The position numbers and the translations under genes were made by a program. A stretch of 64,000 bases of DNA from Spirochaetia bacterium (GTDB lineage Bacteria; Spirochaetota; Spirochaetia; UBA9216): assembly GCA_963677925.2 (NCBI GenBank), contig CAXXYH010000004.1:2272001-2336000 (forward strand). The letters are read 5' to 3'. The notes under the pieces were generated by a model. The model was not told where the DNA came from. It searched no databases and worked only from the letters and a program-made list of their open reading frames with translations. Positions 58,264-64,000 of the stretch are shown here, piece by piece; the first letter of the stretch is position 1, and every line of letters starts with the position of its first letter.

Positions 58264-59487
58264 TTATAGTGAATCCTCGGTTATAACATCAAAGGTTATT
58301 CCGAGCTTTGCCGCCTCATCGATAAAAAACTTTCTTGCATCTGCATCAAGCGCCTCAGGTGCTATCAGGCCCTTCGTTTCTATCACATCGTTCACAAGCA
58401 TCTTGGTAAAGATAAAGGCGCTCTGACCCGTAAGGTAAGATTCGTGACTGATTCCTGCTTTTTCAAATGATTCAATCAGACCCGGCGTATTCACATAGAC
58501 CGTCTTTCTAAGCGGATTACCTGATTTCGTTCCTTCGACAATTATCTGAAAAGCACCTTCTTCGGTAATCAGTCCTTCATTAATAATATCTGCTATCTCA
58601 TCCTTGTATTTTGGAGCCTGAGGTGTCTGGCTGATAATCAGATCAAAGGGGATGTATTCTGTAATTCCGGAGGTGCGTTTCTCTTTTGAAAGGAAGCCCA
58701 TATTATACAACGTTTCAGATACTTCAACATGCGGGCCTCCGTATCTGAACAGAATATTCTTTGCTCCTTTCAGATATTTTTCAGCATTCAGACCCATAGT
58801 TATCGGTTCTTCATGGTTATGATCAACCATCCGAATTTCCTTCCCGACTCCCGGAAACTTCATCATAACCGGATTCCCGAATTGACTGGTGAAGACATGC
58901 CTGCCATTTTCAAATCGGATAGGGACTTCCGCCATGTCGCTGAAGGCTACCTCCGGTGACCACCAGAATGGAATAAACCTTTTTGACCAGACCCCTTCAT
59001 AAACATTTATTTCTATGCTGTTTACGCTGTCGAAATACTCAGCAGTCTCGCGGCATATAACATTTGCAAGTCCGGGTGCAGAGCCTGTGTTCGTGAGTGC
59101 GAGGCAGCCGGCTTCTGCAAACTTTGCATTCATTTCGGTGAACATATAACGGGTGGACTCAACAGCATCAAGTCCGGTTATTTCGGTCATGCAGAGATCC
59201 TGATAATCTATTCCGCATTTTAGAGCTGCTTCCATTACAGTCAGGTTAAAATCAATAGGCAGCCCGTTGAGTACTATATCTGCTCCGGCAAACAGTTTTT
59301 CCAGTTCCGCGGCTGATTTAGCGTTAATCTGAACCGCAGAAGCTTTCTCCAGTCCCTCAGCTGCGGCTTCAGAGGCCTTCAGGCTGTAGTCAGCACATGT
59401 AATTGATTCAACATTTTCTTCATTATTCAGAAGTCTGGCTGCTGCTGTTCCCTGAGCGCCTGAGCCCAGGACTATTACCTTTTTCAT
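58264..59487 (-). CDS. Saccharopine dehydrogenase-like NAD(P)-dependent oxidoreductase
   Basis: GSGAQG Rossmann motif, DYQDL, GSAPGLAN, HNHEE. Confidence 0.85.
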   Translation of the reverse strand: MKKVIVLGSGAQGTAAARLLNNEENVESITCADYSLKASEAAAEGLEKASAVQINAKSAAELEKLFAGADIVLNGLPIDFNLTVMEAALKCGIDYQDLCMTEITGLDAVESTRYMFTEMNAKFAEAGCLALTNTGSAPGLANVICRETAEYFDSVNSIEINVYEGVWSKRFIPFWWSPEVAFSDMAEVPIRFENGRHVFTSQFGNPVMMKFPGVGKEIRMVDHNHEEPITMGLNAEKYLKGAKNILFRYGGPHVEVSETLYNMGFLSKEKRTSGITEYIPFDLIISQTPQAPKYKDEIADIINEGLITEEGAFQIIVEGTKSGNPLRKTVYVNTPGLIESFEKAGISHESYLTGQSAFIFTKMLVNDVIETKGLIAPEALDADARKFFIDEAAKLGITFDVITEDSL

Positions 59488-59657
59488 ATAATTCCCTCTG
59501 CATATCTTGTTTCATCTGATTATATCTGCCTGAAGCTTGCAGATAATCTTCATCTGAAGTATAATAACAACGAATATAGATTATAGTCAATGTTTATTAT
59601 ATGTAAAACATAAATATAATGATGTTAAAAATACGAATATAGTAGAAGGGGTGCAGG

Positions 59658-60128
59658 GTGGGGCCTGAGATCGATGAAATAGATTCAAAAATAATATGCT
59701 TTCTGCAGAAAGACGGTCGGATGGCTTATACCAGGATTGCAGAAGAGATAGGTATTGCCGAAGCGACTGTGAGAACACGTGCCCAGCGGATGATGAAGGA
59801 CGGCGTTATTGAGATAGTCGCAGTATGTGATCCCGTGAAGGTTGGTTTTGCTATGGCCGGCAATATGAAGCTGTATATTGAATCGCGCAAACTCGATGAA
59901 ATAGTTGAAAGTCTCAGAAAGATGCGGAATATTACCTATGTCGCTGTAATGATAGGTGATTCAAATATAGACTGTGATTTTATTGCCGAATCACTTGAAG
60001 ACCTTCATCAGCTCGTTTATGAGAAAATTGCAAAAATTGATGGTGTTCAAAAAATCGATACAGCTATTGTAAGCGGATATAAGAAAGAGATTTATGATTA
60101 CGGAACCTGCTTTCATCGTCCTTCTTAG
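59658..60128 (+). CDS. Lrp/AsnC family transcriptional regulator
   Basis: IDEIDSKII...LQKDGRMAYTRIAEEIGIAEATVRTR HTH, C-terminal RAM domain. Confidence 0.94.
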   Translation: MGPEIDEIDSKIICFLQKDGRMAYTRIAEEIGIAEATVRTRAQRMMKDGVIEIVAVCDPVKVGFAMAGNMKLYIESRKLDEIVESLRKMRNITYVAVMIGDSNIDCDFIAESLEDLHQLVYEKIAKIDGVQKIDTAIVSGYKKEIYDYGTCFHRPS

Positions 60129-60136
60129 ATAGCTAT

Positions 60137-60180
60137 AAAAAAATCCCCGAAGCGGTCAGAGCCGCACGGGGATTTTTTAT
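60137..60180. terminator. Bidirectional intrinsic terminator between Lrp and ilvC
   Basis: A7-TCCCCG..GCGG-loop-CCGC..CGGGGA-T6. Confidence 0.88.
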
Positions 60181-60222
60181 TCTTCACGCATGTTAAGAAC
60201 ACGCGTAGAGATTCTTTTAAAA

Positions 60223-61686
60223 TTAAAGTGCCTTCATTGCAGTCATGTAACCGCGGAGAGTTCTTCCGATTACTTCTACCGGATGATTTCTGATTGCATC
60301 GTTAACCCTGATCAGCTCAACATTGTCTACTTCATTTTCGCCTGCGGCGTAGGTCTTTCCGATAACATCGGTTGAAACCTTCTTCATGAAGTCTCCAAGC
60401 AGCGGAACACAGTCGTTTGCAAAGAGGTAGCATCCGTATTCTGCTGTGTCTGAAATAACCTTGTTCATTTCATAGAGTTTCTTTCTGCTTATAAGGTTGG
60501 CAATAAGAGGTGTTTCATGAAGTGATTCATAATAAGCAGATTCAGCTTTGATACCTGAGTTCGTCATTGTTTCAAAAGCAAGCTCAACACCTGCCTTGAT
60601 CATTGCAACCATCAGTACACCATTGTCAAAGTATTCCTGTTCACTGATATCCATTGTACCTGCAGGAGTCTGCTCGAATGCGCTTGCACCTGTTTCTTCT
60701 CTCCAGGTAAGAAGGTTCTTGTCGTCATTAGCCCAGTCAGCCATCATTGTTGAAGAGAATTCACCGCTGATGATGTCATCCATATGCTTTGTATACAGTT
60801 CAGACATGATCTCCTTGAGCTCAAGAGAGAGCTGGTGAGCCTTGATTTTTGCAGGATTTGAAAGACGGTCCATCATATTGGTGATTCCGCCCTGCTTCAT
60901 TGCTTCTGTAACTGTTTCCCAGCCGTACTGGATAAGTTTTGAAGCATATGCTTTGTCAATTCCGTCGGCGACCATCTTGTCAAAGCAGAGAAGGCTTCCG
61001 GTCTGAAGCATGCCGCAGAGAATGGTCTGCTCTCCCATAAGGTCTGATTTTACTTCTGCAACGAAAGATGAACCAAGTACACCTGCTCTGTCGCCGCCGG
61101 TACCGCAGCAGTATGCCTTGGCAATCTCAATACCGTCTCCGTTGGGGTCGTTTTCAGGATGAACGGCAATCAGGGTAGGTACACCGAATCCTCTCTTGTA
61201 TTCCTCACGAACTTCGGATCCCGGTGATTTTGGTGCGATCATGATTACAGTGATGTCCTCTCTGATCTGCATTCCCTCTTCAACGATGTTGAAACCGTGT
61301 GAGTAGGAGAGGGTTGCTCCCTTTTTCATAAGAGGCATTATCTTTCCAACAACATTTGAGTGCTGTTTATCCGGAGTAAGGTTTGCAACCAGGTCAGCCT
61401 GGGGAATCATTTCTTCATGTGTTCCAACTGCAAAGCCGTTTTCACTTGCATTGAGGTATGACTGTCTTTTCTGTTCAATTGCCTCTTTTCTGAGGGCGTA
61501 TGAAACATCAAGACCGCTGTCTCTAAGATTAAGTCCCTGATTAAGACCCTGGGCCCCGCATCCTACGATTACAATCTTTTTACCTTTCAGTTTTTCTACG
61601 CCTGAGAAGACTGATTTATCAAGAAAATCACAGGTTCCCAGCTGTCGAATCTGCTCTCGCAGTGGAATCGAGTTAAAATAATTCAT
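60223..61686 (-). CDS. ilvC: Ketol-acid reductoisomerase, long (class II) form
   Basis: [51 protein letters not shown]; 487 aa. Confidence 0.97.
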   Translation of the reverse strand: MNYFNSIPLREQIRQLGTCDFLDKSVFSGVEKLKGKKIVIVGCGAQGLNQGLNLRDSGLDVSYALRKEAIEQKRQSYLNASENGFAVGTHEEMIPQADLVANLTPDKQHSNVVGKIMPLMKKGATLSYSHGFNIVEEGMQIREDITVIMIAPKSPGSEVREEYKRGFGVPTLIAVHPENDPNGDGIEIAKAYCCGTGGDRAGVLGSSFVAEVKSDLMGEQTILCGMLQTGSLLCFDKMVADGIDKAYASKLIQYGWETVTEAMKQGGITNMMDRLSNPAKIKAHQLSLELKEIMSELYTKHMDDIISGEFSSTMMADWANDDKNLLTWREETGASAFEQTPAGTMDISEQEYFDNGVLMVAMIKAGVELAFETMTNSGIKAESAYYESLHETPLIANLISRKKLYEMNKVISDTAEYGCYLFANDCVPLLGDFMKKVSTDVIGKTYAAGENEVDNVELIRVNDAIRNHPVEVIGRTLRGYMTAMKAL

Positions 61687-61715
61687 ATATTTATCCTTAT
61701 AATATTGTTAGATGA

Positions 61716-61744
61716 AGAATAACTCTTGTATCTGTCATTGTCAA
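61716..61744 (-). promoter_or_regulatory. sigma70 promoter of ilvC
   Basis: TTGACA-N17-TATTCT on the minus strand. Confidence 0.7.
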
Positions 61745-61746
61745 CC

Positions 61747-61792
61747 TTGCAAATATTGCAAATATATACATTTATAATTGCGTAAAACGCAA
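61747..61792. promoter_or_regulatory. Tandem LysR (IlvY-type) operators
   Basis: TTGCA-aatat-TGCAA (61747-61761) and TTGCG-taaaa-CGCAA (61778-61792), 31 bp apart, abutting the ilvC -35. Confidence 0.7.
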
Positions 61793-61836
61793 ATACAGGT
61801 GTAGAAAAAAAATCACAATAGATTTAGAATCAAGCC

Positions 61837-63318
61837 ATGAAAACTTCTTCAAAACAGGCACTTATCTCCTTTAAAGACGTAAGCATCGTCAGTAAATCCG
61901 GACTTAAACTTGAAAACATGAATTTTGAAATTCCCGCATCAGGGATAATTTGCATTTACGGGCCTAACGGTTCCGGAAAGGGGCTTATAAGCGGTCTGAT
62001 AGACGGCAGTCTTAAACCCGTCAACGGAGAGCTGATTAGAAGTGCAGAAATTACCCGCTCCGGCGTTGTGACAGTGTCTCAGGCCGAACAGAAAAAGATC
62101 ATGGATTATGAGCGATACTTTGATGACAGTGAGTTTATGCAGGGGGCAACGGATCCCGGTAGAAGTGTAAGAAAGATCATACTGGAAAATATTACAGAAG
62201 AGGGCAGAAGAGCCTTTGAAGAACTGTCTGACAAGCTCGGAATGGATAAAATCCTGGGACGGGGATTGCGGTTTCTTTCAACCGGTGAATTCAGAAAGAC
62301 AATGATTCTCAGGGGGGCATGTTCATCACCGGAAATACTGATCCTGGATGATCCGTACACAGGTCTCGATATCACTTCACGTGAGGAGCTGCACAGTCTT
62401 ATTCCCCATCTGCTTGACTATGTCAGGACTGTAATTATTTTTACAGGCCGTTCACATGATATCCCTGAATGTGCCGACAGAATCCTGAAGATTAATAACA
62501 GCACGGTGTCTGTTGTTGATGATAGAAGCGGGCTGACCGTAAAATATTCAGAAAGCAGGAAAGACGGTATTGAAGCGCTTATTGATAATTCAGTGGAAAA
62601 GACTAAGAACGAAGCTGCTGTTGAATTGATATCGATGACAAATGTAAATTTAAGTTATTATGAGGTGCCTATCCTTAAGGATATTAACTGGAGAGTTAAA
62701 ACAGGTGAGCACTGGAAACTCAGCGGTCCAAACGGTTCCGGAAAAACCACTCTGTTAAGCCTTATTAATGGAGACAACCCCAAGGCTTACGGACAGGATA
62801 TTTATCTCTTTGGAAGGAAAAAGGGGTCCGGTGAGAGTATATGGGATCTCAAAAAGGAAATAGGTGTCGTCTCCGGCGCTCTTCAGCATAGCTACCGAAT
62901 CAGACAGACAGTTATTGAAGTTATAATGTCAGGTTTTTTTGATACCATCGGATTGTATGATAAACCCGACCTTCATCAGCGTGAGACTGCAGAGAAATGG
63001 TGCAGGGGGCTTGGGATTATTGAATACAGAGACAGGGAATTTCCCGGTCTTTCCGCCGGGATAGCCAGAGTAGCACTTATTGCAAGGGCTATGGTCAAAA
63101 AACCGGAACTGCTGATTCTCGATGAACCCTGCCAGGGGCTGGATGATGAAAACTCGAGGTTTATCCTGGATGCTGCAGAGGCAATAATCAGCAGCCGGCA
63201 TTCAACCCTTCTTTATGTCAGCCATGATACAGACTTTCAGCTGAAGGGAATTACGCATAATCTTCAGCTTGTTCCGCATCCGGAAGGCGGTTCGACCTGT
63301 GAAATCAGTCTGAACTGA
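61837..63318 (+). CDS. ModF-like dual-domain ABC ATP-binding protein
   Basis: Two NBDs: GPNGSGK / LSTGE / LDDPYTGLD and GPNGSGKTT / LILDEPCQGLD; GESIWDLKKEIG. Confidence 0.88.
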   Translation: MKTSSKQALISFKDVSIVSKSGLKLENMNFEIPASGIICIYGPNGSGKGLISGLIDGSLKPVNGELIRSAEITRSGVVTVSQAEQKKIMDYERYFDDSEFMQGATDPGRSVRKIILENITEEGRRAFEELSDKLGMDKILGRGLRFLSTGEFRKTMILRGACSSPEILILDDPYTGLDITSREELHSLIPHLLDYVRTVIIFTGRSHDIPECADRILKINNSTVSVVDDRSGLTVKYSESRKDGIEALIDNSVEKTKNEAAVELISMTNVNLSYYEVPILKDINWRVKTGEHWKLSGPNGSGKTTLLSLINGDNPKAYGQDIYLFGRKKGSGESIWDLKKEIGVVSGALQHSYRIRQTVIEVIMSGFFDTIGLYDKPDLHQRETAEKWCRGLGIIEYRDREFPGLSAGIARVALIARAMVKKPELLILDEPCQGLDDENSRFILDAAEAIISSRHSTLLYVSHDTDFQLKGITHNLQLVPHPEGGSTCEISLN

Positions 63319-63362
63319 TTTTGAGTCAAAAATCATAAATTTATAAAAAACTTAAATATCTC

Positions 63363-63389
63363 TAAACTGCCTTTTTTAAATTCCGATGA
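63363..63389 (+). promoter_or_regulatory. Putative sigma28 promoter of flgN-flgK
   Basis: TAAA-N15-TCCGATGA. Confidence 0.65.
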
Positions 63390-63409
63390 TTAAAAAGAGG
63401 TATTATCTG

Positions 63410-63910
63410 ATGACTATAAACATACTGAGCGAAAAACTTGCCGATCTCATGGAGAAGGAAACGGAACTTATTGAAACAATAAGCTCTGAGGAACAGCTTC
63501 TCCAGAAAACCCTCACTGAAAAGAACTGGTCTGAAATGGAAAAAGTTATCTGCAGACTTACACCTCTGTCAGCTAAGGTTGAGAAAACTGAATCTGATCG
63601 TGAAAAAGTTTTCAGTACACTCATGGATGCCTGCGGTAAAAAGGAGTCTGAAGGCTTTTATGCTGTCGCTATGTATATGGAAGGCGATGCAAAAGAACGC
63701 TGTATGGCATCATACAGAAAACTGAAGGTATCTCTTTTGAAAGTTCAGAGCATAACCGGAAGTATAGATCAATATGTTAAGAACGTTGGAAATACAACCC
63801 AGAAAATTTTAAGTGAAATCTTTCCGTACAGGAAAGGAAGTATATATTCCAGTCGCGGAGGTACCAGGCCGGTGCACAGCGACCCGATGGTGTTTAACAG
63901 GCACTTCTAA
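63410..63910 (+). CDS. flgN: Flagellar export chaperone FlgN family protein
   Basis: Helical protein ending GSIYSSRG, directly upstream of flgK; SD AAGAGG before ATG 63410. Confidence 0.75.
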   Translation: MTINILSEKLADLMEKETELIETISSEEQLLQKTLTEKNWSEMEKVICRLTPLSAKVEKTESDREKVFSTLMDACGKKESEGFYAVAMYMEGDAKERCMASYRKLKVSLLKVQSITGSIDQYVKNVGNTTQKILSEIFPYRKGSIYSSRGGTRPVHSDPMVFNRHF

Positions 63911-63921
63911 AGGAGAAGAGC

Positions 63922-64000
63922 ATGCAGTCAACCTTTTCAGGAATTGAGTTAGGAAAACGCGGTCTTGTATCTCATACAACAGGACTTCAGACTATAGGAC
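63922..64000 (+). CDS. flgK: Hook-associated protein FlgK (5' part, truncated by the window end)
   Basis: SD AAGGAG; MQSTFSGIELGKRGLVSHTTGLQTIG matches the spirochete FlgK N-terminus; too short for the ORF track. Confidence 0.85.
   Translation, partial: MQSTFSGIELGKRGLVSHTTGLQTIG

Noticed and set aside
63386-63409. ATG 63386 as flgN start
   Set aside because: Lies inside the sigma28 -10 element; ATG 63410 has an SD
1-64000. CRISPR arrays, tRNA/rRNA, IS elements, dif site
   Set aside because: Intergenic gaps are short (under ~175 nt) and none showed repeat-spacer structure, a cloverleaf, a transposase or a dif-like 11-6-11 site by eye; an automated scan was not possible

Overview
Chromosomal core region of a spirochete, judged from FlbB, FlbD, a FlgE carrying the lysinoalanine residues, a Treponema-like FlgK N-terminus and spirochete-type lipoboxes; a free-living Spirochaetaceae-like lineage is an inference. 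The order is ftsZ-xerD-TPR-dprA-topA-xerC-hslVU, then a ~29-kb flagellar operon (flgB to flhG, fliA, fapA, two unknowns, a divergent CheA-like gene). A mixed housekeeping/metabolic block follows (UroD-like, maf, PBP, mini signal peptidase, LysM-M23, MFS+GH2, secA, nnr, NUDIX, GNAT, NagZ-like GH3, MDP-1, saccharopine-DH-like + Lrp, long-form ilvC, modF-like), and the window ends in the start of the flgN-flgK operon. No rRNA, tRNA, CRISPR array, prophage or transposase was recognised. The most interesting signals are non-coding: (i) a near-consensus sigma28 promoter followed ~65 nt later by an intrinsic terminator with no gene between them (candidate flagellar sRNA, 38373-38472); (ii) a two-state RNA structure with GGA motifs in the fliH-fliI gap; (iii) a CueR-like MerR operator/19-bp promoter before an orphan UroD/methyltransferase-like gene; (iv) tandem IlvY-type operators at ilvC with no adjacent ilvY; (v) two apparently leaderless transcripts. 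All calls come from reading the sequence and recalling motifs; no searches or folding calculations were run.
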